Source of the DNA: Octopus vulgaris
Taxonomy: Eukaryota
DNA length: 64,000 bases
Direction of reading: 5' to 3'
Assembly: GCA_951406725.2 (NCBI GenBank)
Contig: OX597821.1
Coordinates: 56,730,001 to 56,794,000, forward strand
A program made the position numbers and the translations under genes. Under the pieces are notes generated by a model, which was not told the origin of the DNA, did not search any database, and worked only from the letters and a program-made list of their open reading frames with translations. Shown piece after piece: positions 28,050-41,861 of this stretch (position 1 is its first letter; every line of letters starts with the position of its first letter).

Positions 28050-31000
28050 CTCATATAATATCCAAAATATCCTGAGCCGACTTATCACTACTTATACATA
28101 AAGTACCTCCACTTTGAACCTGTGATTTCTCATTGTAGCCAACAATCTCAAGCCAGAATATTGTTGATCCAGCCAGATTGAATTTTCCTTAATACCCTTC
28201 ACAAGAACAATTAGTTTCTATGTGCTTATTCGAACAGCTACAAATAACAACCGAAGTCTTTGACCGGTAGCGGACATTTCATATCCATATCGAATAAACA
28301 TGAAATCATCAATTTTATGTGACAGTTATTGTGGGGAAATCCAGGTAGAAGGATGAGGGTTTGTTAACTGCTCCTAGTGCCTGCCAAAAAGAGTTTCAGT
28401 TAGGATCGGTTGACTAGCCCCGAAAGCTTTGAACTCTCTTCTGCTGGCATAAAAGAAGACGAAGCATCGTTCAGAGAGATATTGTACTCAACGTCATTCG
28501 TCCCCAACGAAACAAGATTGTACAAGCACAGGATTTCCTAATTCAGAAGTATCATCTTGTCAGAGCTTAGTGGAAGGAATGCCCTTACCCAGTCGAGAAG
28601 ACGCTTTATCGCATTATACAAGACTGTAAAAGTTAAGCTTGGTGCAACTGCGCTATTGTAACAACAAAAATATACATGAAATTTACTCTTCTGTGACCTT
28701 TCAGCACATTCACGCCAGCTATGTAGTGAATTTCTAAAGTTTCCTGAACTACGTATCGGCTTTCTATCAAGAAGCAATATCTTGCATGCCACAAACAAAG
28801 AGAAATATGCCACTTCTTACCTTCATAATTAAAATGGGGCGAAGAAGGTTATACGTACATCACCCAGTCGAGATCTCATCTTGCCATATCACCCATTAAA
28901 TTCTTTCACTCAATGTTACGCCTGCGGAACATCCTACTACGGTTCAGCGACAACTTAATAGTCCATGAAATTGGGAAGAACCTCACTCGAGTACTTTTGA
29001 ACTGGGAAATTGCCACCTTAAATAGAGCCCTTGCTGATACAGTCAACATACTATTTGCATCAAGCAAACTTCAAAAGTCTCTGGAGCGGCATCACGAAAT
29101 ACTCTGAAAAATTAGGACCAAGTACGGATGTCTTAGAAAATTCAATTGATCAGCTGCATTTATTTTATGAGAGTTGTTTGCCAAAGGAATTGATAAAGTA
29201 CAGTCGATAATGCCATTTTAAATTACGAACAGTGTTTAAAAGGGTTTTGTGCGGGAAGCTGCGCTTTTCCACGTATGTTCAGCTGTGATGACATGTATTC
29301 CAGGAGAGGAAGAATGGTTTACCCATGCGCTAATGCACTAATGACACAGTATATGGGTTCCTGTTGCAGATAAAAGTTTTCCAAATGCAAGCTCTACTAA
29401 TTGCTAATATACACATACGTGCATGCACAGATATGCATACATACGTACATACATATATACACATATATTGTGACTGAACTACAACATAAGTTGATTATCA
29501 AAATATTATAATTATCCAAATTTCCATAAATATTGCCAGCTAGTATTCAGTACCTAGGAATATCACTTTACTTCTCTAAGATAATACAACTAAATATAAT
29601 CTGACAGCAAGTGTTATCAAAAAGACATCTTACAGTACATTAGCTCGTCAAGTCTGCTCTTTATCTTCTTACGAATCTCATTATCAATAGTCACGAAACA
29701 ATGTTTAGAGAACTGATTACTCGGCATTCAGAAATATTTCTCACTTTTCATTATAAACAATCTGAAGCTCTATATTCAACAGACATTAGAATGGAAATAA
29801 ATGAGCTCGGGGGTACATTTTGTCCGTGTTTACTTTTCCCTTCAAAACTAATAGTGAATGATATAACTGTCTTTACATACGAGTAAACCATAAATACCTT
29901 GAACAAGATAGCGTCAGTTATGGTGAGTCAATTTGGAGGAAAAGGGTAAGAAAGAAATATCTCATGGGAATAAAGAAAAGGTGGTCTTACAACGTTTATC
30001 CTATAACGAACAAATCACCCAAGATACCTCTGGAGGACATTTCCTAATATCTACAAAACTTGGCAAAATGAAATATAAGAACTCAGAAACTGCTCAAAGT
30101 TGCTACAAATTTCATTAAGCAGGAAGATATAGATAGGTAATACTTCTAACGCAAAGAAAACGGTTATAGCCATCAATCTGTATATATATTCTTTGAGGCC
30201 CGATTATAACATGGAAACATCTTTTGTGATGGTTAAGTATACAAGCACTGAATTAAATCATTATTGGGAGAGCTAATAAGGTTGTGGAATACTAGAAAGT
30301 CCTACTTAACACTAAAATAAAATTTAAAAAATAAACCAGTTCACTGAGAAGGTTGTTCATAGATATTTGAATCGAAAAACATACAGGAAATAATCCCTAC
30401 GAAAATTCTGGCAACAATTACAGACAAGTTTATTAGATCTTGTCTTGGTGATTATACCATGAAATCCAAGAGTACACAATTCCCATCGAGTATCTTTTAC
30501 AAAAAAGAGCAGAAAGAATCAGCTGGCAGCAAAATGTAGTCTATGCAAAACCTAAACCATGGACATTAACCAGATGATTACCAACTTGACAGAATGTCTC
30601 TAGATAAAAGTTATAATGCAGTATCCAGAGAAGAATATGAAGTGAGAAAGGACAAAATGTCAGTAAAGAGAAACATATTGAAACAGATAGATTAATAGGG
30701 TTTGAAAGGAACCTAGGGAAAACGAAAAAAAAAAAACCTAACAAATCAACCAGACATCATTGAGATAAGAAAAATACAAAAGAAAGGAAAGATCTATGAA
30801 GAATATGTAGATCCAATATACAAAATTCACTTAGAGTATTGCACCTATTATTATTGGAATGACACAATAAGTACAGAGCCGTCTGGATTGAAATATATCT
30901 CAACTTAGGTTCTTGGAGAAATTGGGTAACCCGATAATTCATAACCGGATATCTGAGACAGAGAAATTTCAAGACGTTGACGTTTAAAGTATGAAAGGTT

Positions 31001-31258
31001 GCGCAAAATAAGATTCATGTTTGTTTTCAAACATATCTATTTTTCTTTACAGCCTTGCCACCGACCAGACGACAGGTCAAAATAACCACCAATAATCATA
31101 TACAAACATGCTCTATATGCAGAAAAGCAATAGTTAGGAATTTCATGTTATGTAACCAGTATATGAAATCAAAAGAACGTGCGTTTATAAGGTTATGATA
31201 AATTACTACCTAAATACTGCCAATACATTTTAATATATACAAACGTACACGCACACAT

Positions 31259-31314
<56 letters not shown>

Positions 31315-31804
31315 ACATACACACATATATGTATGTATATATCGTTGCTATTATGTTAAACCGTCCAAATTTGGCCGAAGCGTTTTTTTCAATATTTATT
31401 TTTACTTGCAATAGCCAATTGTTTTGGTCAAACTATCGTATCTCCAGCTGCTTCTGATGCAATATATCGAAATTTGACAAAGTGTAGTACATAGGTTTTG
31501 TTATGGAATGGTGAAAGTATTTTTTTCGTTTTCTGTAAAAGCAACGTTTTGGATTGAAGACACTTTTGCATAATAGTAACGTTATATACTACGATGAATA
31601 TTGAGTACAGTTAGTAACCGTTATTAAACACAATATCATCGTAAAACCAGTTATCTTATTTACGGTTATGTGGAGTGAAAAATTGAGCCCATCTCATTCA
31701 CAGTATTATCATCCTTTTTCTTCTGATAGCCTAGGTTCCCATTATATCTAAATTTATTATGAATGATATGTTTTTGTGGAGTGGGGATAAGAGCCTTAGA
31801 AAAC

Positions 31805-32965
31805 TCACACTAATCGGCTTTTTTCCTCATAACTTTCAGAAAAATGGGTATTTTCGAATGAAAATTTCGGCAAATACCTTTCAGAATGTATAGTTTGTAT
31901 CGGGATTTAGTATGGAAATGAAAATTGGTGGAGATCTTTGTGGTTTTCATCACTGTTTACAATTTTGTTCTACTTACTTTCAAATTTGGTATATGGATTA
32001 AGCTTTGTATACTAATTATGAAAATTAAATTAATTTTCCATACAAATCCATAATTAAAAAGTTATTAGCCTTTAAAATTTGCAAAATTTAAGCCAATCAA
32101 AAGCGAGTATTTTAGACATCACCGTAGTTAAGCAATTTGTTTCTATAGTAACCATAACAAAGAAGCACCACGTGTTCCATAACTGATTGCGAACAACTCT
32201 GTTTCCATAGTAATCAAAGACGCTGTGCATACGCACAAGGAGTGTAACCACCACTTGCTCTATAATTGTTTGTTTTCATAACAGATGGGACTCACACTCA
32301 ACAAATTGAAAGTACCTGGGCATGATTAACTCTTATCTTTATGAATTTATGTGAAGGTGATACGAGAAAGATCATTTATTTTGTAAAATCCTAGAGTGTA
32401 TTGCAAACCTTCTTTCTTGAATGTTTTTAACTAATAAATCTATTTTAAACAATGTTTTGATTGTTATTTCTAACAACTCCTGTTGGTTTGTTCGTAGCTT
32501 TTAAATATTTAATCTGCTCGCGAATGTTTTTATGTTTTTCCCTGTTTACTGTAACTAGTTTAATGTTTTGACATAACAGTATCCCCACCCTCCTCATTAT
32601 GGAAGAGCCACCGAACGCGCTGTTTTCCAATTTGCTGAAAATTCTGAAAATTATCAAATTTGAACATCTGTAACAATTTTGGAAAATTTTTCTGGAATAA
32701 ATGAATAACAAATTCGGATTCAGCGTCAAAAATTACAACTCTATGATACATAATTTTTTTTTTTTTTAAAGATAATTGTTAAGTGAAGAAACCCACAAAG
32801 ATCCATTGGTGGGATAGCACACATACATATTGACACACAAATATTTATTTCACAACAAATTCCAATTTCATCCGAATCTGCACCATCTGAAGCGTATTTG
32901 TAGAATATTTCATTAAAAAATACTTATTTTTCTGAAAGTTATGAGGGAAGAAATTGATATGAGTA
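31805..32965. mobile_element. Non-autonomous DNA element with long imperfect inverted ends
   Basis: CCTCATAACTTTCAGAAAAA..GTATTTT..AATGAAAAT (about 31825-31866) is mirrored at about 32905-32947 (ATTTTCATT..AAAATAC..TTTTTCTGAAAGTTATGAGG). Confidence 0.6.
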
Positions 32966-33108
32966 CTTACACTGCTGCTAACTCCAAACGGTTACTATAT
33001 ATAATTTCGTATGCATTACTCAAAGTTCATTGTAAACATGCATTCTCTTAAATAATAATCGTAAATACATACATACATACATACATACATACATACATAC
33101 ATACACAA

Positions 33109-33163
<55 letters not shown>

Positions 33164-33329
33164 CTGCGAGAGAGGGAGAGTTAATTTAGCAACAATCAAA
33201 GTTTTATTAGGAAAGCAGACGAATCACAAATCCCTTCAGCGAGGCGGCTCTGTTCGATATATAGGAAAGGCGTGGGTAGAAACTCCATAAGGTGTACTCG
33301 GTGCTAGCAATGAACATTCTATAAGAGGT

Positions 33330-34181
33330 GCAGCAATAGCAGAGGAAGTTTAACAGGGAAAATAGTCTTTGTATGTGGCAGAAGTACAGTTATAATAAAT
33401 TCTAGAAGAGTACGAAAAATAGATTCCATCAAATGCCATCGGGGAATACTTTGAAGTAGTTGATAGCCTTCGCTATCTGGGTGACCAAGTCAGCTGTGGA
33501 GATGGATGCTGGCATGGTTCAGAGAGCTTCTATGTTTGTTGGCACCAAAGGGCCTCTCAGAGTGAAAGTCAAACTGTATGATACCTCTGTGCGAAAAGCC
33601 ATGGTACACGGCAGTGAAACATGGGCTGTGACTGCAGAGGACATGCAAAAGTTTGAAATAATTGAAGCTAGTATGCTTCTCAGGATGTGCTATGTCAGTG
33701 TACATGTACAACAGCCTGTAAGAAACTGGAGAGAAAAATTGGGACTAAAAGGTATTAGATGTGGTGTGCAAGAGAGAAGACTGCGCTGGTCTGGTCATGG
33801 ACGAGGACAGCTGCATAAAGAAGTGCCGATCTCTAACTGTGGAGGAAGTAGACCTAGGAAGACATGGGACGAAGTGGTGAAGCATGATTTTCGAATATAT
33901 GGTCTCAGGTGGCGATGACAGCTGATCGAGACCTTTGACGATTTCTCTCTTTGAGAAGACTCGCCAAGCCAAGTGAAATCGCAGTCGTTAAAGGCTCCTG
34001 AGCCGATGACATGTAAAAGGCACCCATTGCAATCTTGGAGTGGTTTGCGTTAGGAAGGATATCCAGTCGTAAGAGCCATGCCAAATCCGATTCGAACCTG
34101 GTATAGCTCTCCGGCTTACCAATTCCAGTCAAACTGTGTAACCCATGCCAGCATGGAAAACGGACGCTAAATGATGGTGAT

Positions 34182-34182
<1 letters not shown>
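33330..34182 (+). mobile_element. RTE-clade LINE 3' fragment (degenerate RT C-terminus plus 3' UTR)
   Basis: EVVDSLRYLGDQV, LRVKVKLYDTSVRKAMVHGSETWAVT, RRLRW.GH and GSRPRKTWDEVVK.D are RTE motifs; ends in a (TGA)-like tail. Confidence 0.8.
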
Positions 34183-34240
<58 letters not shown>

Positions 34241-35874
34241 GATTACTGCTACCCGCTGATGTTCTCTCCGAGCAAATTCACATCTTTAACACATCATAAA
34301 TTGGCCTTTCTTCTCAACAACGGAAATTAATCCTACTAACATTTGATCCTCCACTCAACCAAGAAGACGGCCACAATGCTGCTTCCTCATTTGGGTTGAT
34401 CTGCTCCAACATATACAAGCATCGCTGGTCGCACACACAGAAGGTCCACTCGAATGATTTACTTAAAAAAAAATCTTTCAAACCACACACTTGTCTCTGA
34501 CTCAGTCGTTTTGTCTCCTCTAAAGATCATTTCTAGCGCCATTCTAATGGCCTCTGTTCCTCTGAGCTGGCTCCTCTCGTATTATCTCCACACAATAACT
34601 CTTGACACAGTCAACTCTCCTTCTCTCAACACTTACTCTGTGTTGTTGAATGTCCCAGATCCCTCTACTAACCACTACACAGTTGTTTCTTACTGTACAC
34701 GTCTTTCTTACTGTCGTCATCTTGCAACAGTTAAAGCGTGACATTAACAGCTTCAATCTCTTCTGTCTTGCAACGGCTCCTCTAGATCAAACAAACAAAA
34801 CCATAGGAATGAGTGTATTTCTTTCATCAATAACAATTCTACTGTGGCTGTATCCTTAACATCATTAACTTCATCAATCATTTACACTCGTTGCACTTCA
34901 ATATCATATATCCAACTTGAACAATTAGATAACACAAGAAATTTCTATTAAACATTCATGATGGCCGCTCCAAATCTCCTACTTTTGTCTCCCCTTCTAC
35001 TGTTATTTCTCTCACTCTTCCCTGTCTGTTTGTCCCTCTCCCTCTCTCTCTCTCTCTCTTTCTTTCTTTCTCTCTCTCCCTTTCTCTGTCTCTCTCTCTC
35101 TTTCATGACGGTTGTGGGGAAACGGGAAAGAAAAGTAAAGAGATATTTTTTAAATAGTAATAATCTGAAGTAATGTTCTTAAGAATAACATACACTGTAA
35201 AAGATATCGAGAATTTATCAACGTTATTTGATATAGTTTCCAGGTATCCCGGTTTCATTTAGCTAGCACTACAACTGCTCTTGGTCTATGTCATTGACGT
35301 TTATTCATTTAATATTATTTTGAAGACTTTGGAAGTAGGGAAACAGCACAATGACAAATAAAGGACGTAGTATTTAATTTCGTTCATGTACTTCTTAAGT
35401 TCAAATTATCCTTAGTCAAAATAATCTACTCTCTCAAACATTATTTTGTGCTATTCCCCTCAATTCACTATAACTTCATGTTACCACAAAAATTCGGTGC
35501 CTGTCTATGTTGTCCAAAATAAATAAATATATTCCTGATTTTGCAATGACAAATAAATGACAAAAATGCAAGACAATAATATCCTTCCACCATCGATTTG
35601 ATTCGATAGTGAATTCAGTTCAAATATCGATAAAACTGTACAAGCGCAGTGAAATGTTTTTAAGGAGAATCGAAACTGGATTGCAGCGTTGAATCGATGA
35701 GTACTTGCTACTTTACTTCAACGATACTCTCCTCATATAATTTAGAAACTTGTGTAGTTTAAAATTATAGAGAGTGTGGATTCCTTGAATCAAGTGAGTT
35801 AACAGCAATTCACACAACAAGAGTGTTATTTGTATCCAGTACTCGTGGCTACAATGTATAAACTCTTAAAAGCC

Positions 35875-36032
35875 TACATTATTTACATTATTTACATTTG
35901 ACGGATATTTGTCCTTATATTGTTTGTTGCTAACACAACGTTTCGGCTGATATACCCTCCAGCCTACATCAGGTGTCTTGGGAAAATTTCGAACCTGCGT
36001 TCTCATTCCTAAGGTATGTTTCGATGTTATTG

Positions 36033-36071
<39 letters not shown>

Positions 36072-36145
36072 TAACTGCCTGGAATCGAACTCGGAATCTT
36101 GGGGTTAGTAGCCCGTACTCTTAACCACTGCGCCATATGCCCACG
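35875..36145 (-). mobile_element. Short repeat with a tRNA-like head, an (AAT)n linker and a hammerhead-like motif; same family as the Penelope 3' region at 9870-10075
   Basis: Head GGCATATGGCGCAGTGGTTAAGAG..GAGTTCGATTCC; aligns with 9870-10075 and, inverted, with 36420-36600. Confidence 0.8.
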
Positions 36146-36197
36146 GGAAGAAGAAGAAGAAGAAGAAGAAGAAGAAGAAGAAGAAGAAGAAGAAGAA

Positions 36198-36362
36198 GGT
36201 CATGTGCCGTTTATCTTGATATAAGATCACTATGTTGCGCACATATGGTTGTGATACATGTGCCTAGTGTACCCTTATCAGACGGGTAGTCATGATGGGT
36301 ATACTGGGCTTTGTATATTTTACCCCAGTGTCACTTTCATGGCATGCACTGCTCTCTCACTC
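36198..36362 (+). mobile_element. 3' fragment of an (AAT)n-tailed retroelement; same family as 41317-41861
   Basis: Near-identical to about 41696-41861; followed by (AAT)n. Confidence 0.8.
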
Positions 36363-36419
<57 letters not shown>

Positions 36420-36429
<10 letters not shown>

Positions 36430-36600
36430 TAGAAAAATACCTTAGGAATGAGAAACCAGGTTCGAAATTTCACCAAGACACTTGAAGAAAGCTGGAGAGT
36501 ATATCAGCCGAAACGTTGTGTTAACAACAAACAAAATGAGGACACATATCTGTCAAATGTAAATAGTGTACGTAATTCCTCATCTCTTAAATATAGAACT
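36420..36600 (+). mobile_element. Second copy (3' part) of the same repeat, in inverted orientation
   Basis: ATACCTTAGGAATGAGAA..GGTTCGAAATTT..ATATCAGCCGAAACGTTGTGTTAACAACAAACAA. Confidence 0.8.
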
Positions 36601-38246
36601 GTATCTTAGAGGCCTACTTATTGTGACAGAAAGTAAATTACAAGTGAATACCGTTGCAAACATCACTGCGACTATATATTTAACTGAAAATTCGTTAGTC
36701 TGTAATGTTCACCGAGATCAACTTGAAGAAGAGATTTTGTCAGTCATTCTCTTAAGGATAGTGAAACCAATATATTGATAAATAATTAAGAATTATGACA
36801 ATGGGGATGATGACGATGACAAGTTTGATGATAATGATGATGATAACGATGATAACGTGGACAATAGCGATCGAAAGTTTGGTGAGAATGATGACTACAA
36901 GAATAAGTACCATGAAGATGTTCATCACGATGAGGAGGGTCACAATAACGATCATGATGATCTTTCAGCTTGGTACATATCAGGAAAGCATTCTGAGAGG
37001 GATGCAGTCGATTGAAATGAGCCAGTACGTGGCTGGTACTTTATTTTAGCGACCTTAAAAGGATGAAAGGAAAGTTGTTCTTGGCGCAATTTGAACTCTG
37101 GACATAAAAGATTGCAACTTAATGTCGCAATGCAGTTCGAGCGCTACCCTGATGTTTCTTCGAATTCAAAAACATAAATATAGAAGAGTTAGCTGTTTTC
37201 TTGCAACTTTCTGTTTTCACTTATTTCGAAGTAAGATTTTACGGTAGAAATGAGTATTAGAATACATGATATGTATGTATGAATAGATAAGAAAGTTCGA
37301 GAATCTGATGAAAATAGTATTTTCACTGGTGATCAAAGTCGGATCGAGAGCTATATGCACTCAGAAAAACTGATCTTGATAATTAAATAGCTTAATATTT
37401 GGACTTAGTTCGAGCACCGTGTTTAACTAAACAGTCAAAATGTCATCATATGGTTGGCTAGAACTCTACTTTTCTGTGTCTGCGCATCACTTGATGTATT
37501 TACTTTTATGTGTGTATGTATTGGCGTTCGTCACGTTTAAAGTGTTGAAATCTGAACGTTTAATGAGTTACATTGTGTCCTTTCAACTAATCTTGACGTT
37601 TTCTATCGTCTGATCTGATGTTGCTTATAAGAAAGGCCACTACATCACTCTGCTTTTGGTATGAATTAGTTGCATATCAAGCTTAACTGGCCATATGCTA
37701 TTAAAAACATTAGATAGAGACAAGATGTTATTTTGGTAAAAACAGTAAATTAGCTTTCGGATAAACACAAATAAAATCTTCTGAGCTACTAAAATTATAA
37801 TTATGTGGTGAGTATTACTTCAGGCATTCTTAATTAGAAACGTCAAACTGATATCGGAATTATATTACTTCACGTTAGATCATGATAAGGATCTTTTGCT
37901 AATGCCAAATAATCAAAACATTGGTAAACTAATACTACTACTATTACTACTACCACTACCACTACCACTACCACTACTACTACTACTACTACTACTATTA
38001 CTACTACTATTACTACTCACCTCGGACAAGCCCATCTGACGACACATCCGTGCCTGTAGAGTTTATCTCGAACCGGCAGCACCACCGGTAGCACTGCCAA
38101 GCCAAGGACATCTGGACTCTAGGACTCAACTGGTACATATTTCATCGACCGCGACAGGAGGAAAGGCAAAGTTGATCTCATTGGAATGTGAACTCAGAAC
38201 GTAAAGACGGAAGAAATGCCGTTAAGCATTTTTTATTATAATAATG

Positions 38247-38301
<55 letters not shown>

Positions 38302-39145
38302 GTATTAAGAGCCAATAGTAATAGCAAGCGATAAGAAGCATTTACTTCAAATACAGAATATACAACACATCAGAAAGTGATAAGTGCAGAATTTGTGGAC
38401 AAAATGGTGAAACTGTATAGCATATTACCAGTTAATGTACGCCACTAGCTCAGAAAGAATATAAGAGACGTCATGAAAATATAGCAAGGATTGTCCATTG
38501 GACACTTTGCAACAAGTATGGACTTGACAGAGCAATAAAGTGGTACGAACATAAACCCGAAGGCATCATCGAAAATGGTAATCCAGAGATCCTATGAGAT
38601 TTTATTATTCAAGCGACCATGAGATAGACAATAGGAAACCAGACATAGTGTTAATTCAGAAAGAAAGCAAACGATGCTGGATCATAGATATAGCATGCCC
38701 AGCTGACAACACGGTATGCAATAAGGAAGAAAGAAGTCGATAGATACAACAAATTAGCTTGAGAGGTTAAGCAGTTGTAGTCGCTGAAAAGGTGGTAGTC
38801 GGCGAGCTGGCAGAATCGTTAGCACGCCGGGCAAAATGCTTTGCCGTATTTCGTCTGTCGTTACGTTCTGAGTTCAAATTCCGCCGAGATTGTGTTTGCC
38901 TTTCATCCTTTCGGGGTCGATAAATTAAGCACCAGTTACGCACTGGAGTAGATATAATCGACTTAATCCCTTTGTCTGTCCTTGTTTGTCCCCTCTATGT
39001 TTAGCTCCTTGTGGGTAATAAAGAAATAGGTATTACCAATAATTGTCAGAGCCCCGGGAACAATGAATAATCTTAAGTACATGGAACAAATAGGGGCTGC
39101 AGTAAGAATGGGGCACTTGTAGAAAACAGGAACTTTAGACTGCAA
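38302..39145 (+). mobile_element. R4/Dong-like non-LTR retrotransposon, C-terminal restriction-like endonuclease fragment, interrupted by a SINE
   Basis: CRICGQNGETV.HITS.C zinc motif, YKRRHENIARIVHW, RKPDIV..K...C.IIDIACP (PD..D endonuclease motif), PIIV; it starts right after an (AAT)n tract. Confidence 0.82.
38800..39030 (+). mobile_element. tRNA-derived SINE, tail type 2 (..CTCCTTGTGGGTAATAAAGAAATAGG)
   Basis: Same family as 22544-22776. Confidence 0.9.
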
Positions 39146-39880
39146 GAACTCAAAAACACCCTAATTGACAGACATTACCCAGCTCAACTCATAGAGGATG
39201 GGATCAGACGTGCAACAGAAATCAACATAGAAACTTTAAGAAAAGTTCAACACAACAACACAACTTCCCCGAAAATACTACCTTACATATCTACATACAA
39301 CCCCAGAAACAAAGAAGCCTTCACCATCATCACCCAGAATTTACCAATACTTCATAAGGACCCCAAATTAAAGGAAATTCTAAACATACACCAAATCATT
39401 AAAAGCTACAAACAACCTAAATCACTTAAAAAGATTCTCACAAAGGCAAAATTGTCTTATGATATTACGGATGCAAAAGTAAAAAAATGTGGTAGATCGA
39501 ACTGTGCAACATGTCCAAACCTGCTAGAAGGATCAGAATTCCTCTTTAAAGAGGACAGAAATTCAAGATCAAATCTAACTTTACTTGTGCCTCTGAAAAC
39601 ATAATTTATGTCATAAAATGCTCGGGCTGCCACCAAGACTACGTGGGATCCACGGGACTATCACTCAGACGTAGATGCACACTGCATCGACAACAGATTG
39701 CATTCCCAGAATACAGAATGATACCTTTTAGTGAGCACATTGAGAAATGCGCAAAGCAACTACTACCACAATTTTTAATCTTTCCATTTTACCAATGTGC
39801 TTTCGGATCATCAACACAAATTAGACTAAACAAGGAAACATTCTTCATTGAAAAGTACAAGCCCAGACTTAACCATCCCA
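39146..39880 (+). mobile_element. Penelope-like element fragment with zinc-finger linker and GIY-YIG domain (Neptune-like architecture)
   Basis: LPYISTYNP, YKQPKSLKKILT, KCGRSNCATCP, FTCASENIIYVIKCSGCHQDYVGST, KETFFIEKYKPRLN; one frameshift near 39550. Confidence 0.85.
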
Positions 39881-40209
39881 ACATACAGATACAGAGAAAT
39901 TCACACCAAGGGAAAGGAAAAAATTTTAAGCGATTATCTCCCTTACACCGGAAGAAATCACTCATTACCTCCCCTTATTTAGAACTCTTTTTGAACATAA
40001 ACATTACGATAACCCTGTTCAACATAAACATAACGTCGCAAGAAATTTGAAAAGCTAAACGCGAAACCGGTCTTTCTTCTAAATTATGTCATTATAAGAG
40101 AAAAAATTTTTTTAATATTCTTCAAAATTTTTTTAATATTCTTCAGACATATTGACGCAAATATATATTTTTTAACATTTAAGCCTTCTGTAGTTTTTTC
40201 ACTTTTTAC

Positions 40210-40265
<56 letters not shown>

Positions 40266-40345
40266 CGTCAGTACTTCATATACCCCAAAATAAAGCACAC
40301 TAAAGCATTAGAACAGTGAAATTTGTATATACATTTTCTTTTTAA

Positions 40346-40486
40346 GGAAGTTAACAGTTATGGCCGGTCATAGAGTGATCATTGGTTTCGCACTTATAAA
40401 GCGCTTGTCGAGTCGCCTATATTACTAAGCGCCTTATACGTGCGAAAGCAATGCCTACTCTATGTCCGGCTATAATTTTATCTTCC
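40346..40486. mobile_element. Palindromic MITE-like element
   Basis: GGAAGTTAACAGTTATGGCCGGTCATAGAGT..TTTCGCAC is mirrored by GTGCGAAA..ACTCTATGTCCGGCTATAATTTTATCTTCC. Confidence 0.75.
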
Positions 40487-40492
40487 TAAGTA

Positions 40493-40528
<36 letters not shown>

Positions 40529-40717
40529 TATATATGTGGGGGGGGTGCGTGTATAACAAGCAAAGTAACTTGTTTTAAATTTTTCTATAAGAGATGCAAG
40601 TAGTAAAAATACTGAAAAGTAACTTTTGCTGCTATTTTAACAAGGCTGCTCCGTACGGAAAAATGGTAGTAACGTAGTTCCGTACGGAACAGCCATGTTG
40701 ACGTGACAAAAAACATT

Positions 40718-40756
<39 letters not shown>

Positions 40757-40939
40757 TAAAGTTTCTGGATCCTACTGTTTTATGAAATATTCCTATCTTG
40801 TCACTAAAAGCACGAAATTGGTAGTAATAAATAGTCAACAACTGATGAGCGAGTTATCTTCTTTTGGTATTTTTCCCTGTACTTTTCTCTCGTGTGCTTA
40901 CGTATTTTTCATTCGTTGGTGATATCCAGTACTTAATGT

Positions 40940-40974
<35 letters not shown>

Positions 40975-41264
40975 ATGATAGTGATGCAGTCCGCTTGATT
41001 CAAGAGGACCACTTGGTATAACCCGAAGAACCCCATAGTTCAAGATCTCCAAGATCACTAAGAGTAAGAGTTCTCTCTAATTCCTATTCTCTGACTCACA
41101 AGCCTACATCTAGAGTGGTAACATCGACTCTTGGCATTTTTCGCAACTTTCACCCACTCTTCAATAAATTCACTCAAGAACAGCATCTCTCTCCCCAATT
41201 TCCCTTACCTTTTCAAGTGAAACTTAAAAAGTAGAAGGTTCCACCATATATAATAATAATACTG

Positions 41265-41316
<52 letters not shown>

Positions 41317-41318
<2 letters not shown>

Positions 41319-41861
41319 GCCCTGATGCAGTACCAGACAGTGGCTCTCATGATTTCTGAGCTTAACTGATTAGAAGTGTTATAATGTACATTGATTTGTC
41401 TCGGGCTACAACAAATATTCTGCTCAACACCACAGATTTGCTTGTTAGTTGTTTGACATCAACCAGTCGACCATGTCCGTTAGTGGCTGATGATATGTGC
41501 ATCTCTGATCACGAGCAAAAGTAGTGGGGAAGCATCATAGCCGTGTGTTAAAAGGAATTCTTAGAGGTTTGGATAATTCACCTTTGGAAACGTGGGTGGT
41601 TCGTTCAACATCCTTAAACAATCCTTATTCAGAGACCTTTTGAGCGGGATGGGTTACTCGACCAGAAGACAATTCTAACTAGGGCCCCACCATCAAGGTC
41701 ATGCACTGTTTATCTTGATATGAGAACACCATGTCGCATACATATGGTTGTGATGCATGTGCCTGGTGTACCCTTATGAGACGGGTAGTCATGATGGGTA
41801 TACTGGGCTTTGTATATTTTACCCCAGTGTCACTTTCATGGCATGCACTGCTTTCTCACTC
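41317..41861 (+). mobile_element. Non-coding retroelement 3' region or SINE embedded in (AAT)n
   Basis: Flanked on both sides by (AAT)n; its 3' 165 bp is repeated at 36198-36362. Confidence 0.7.

Noticed and set aside
29900-31000. Possible ancient L1-like ORF2 remnant (A-rich plus strand)
   Set aside because: No diagnostic motif could be read with confidence.
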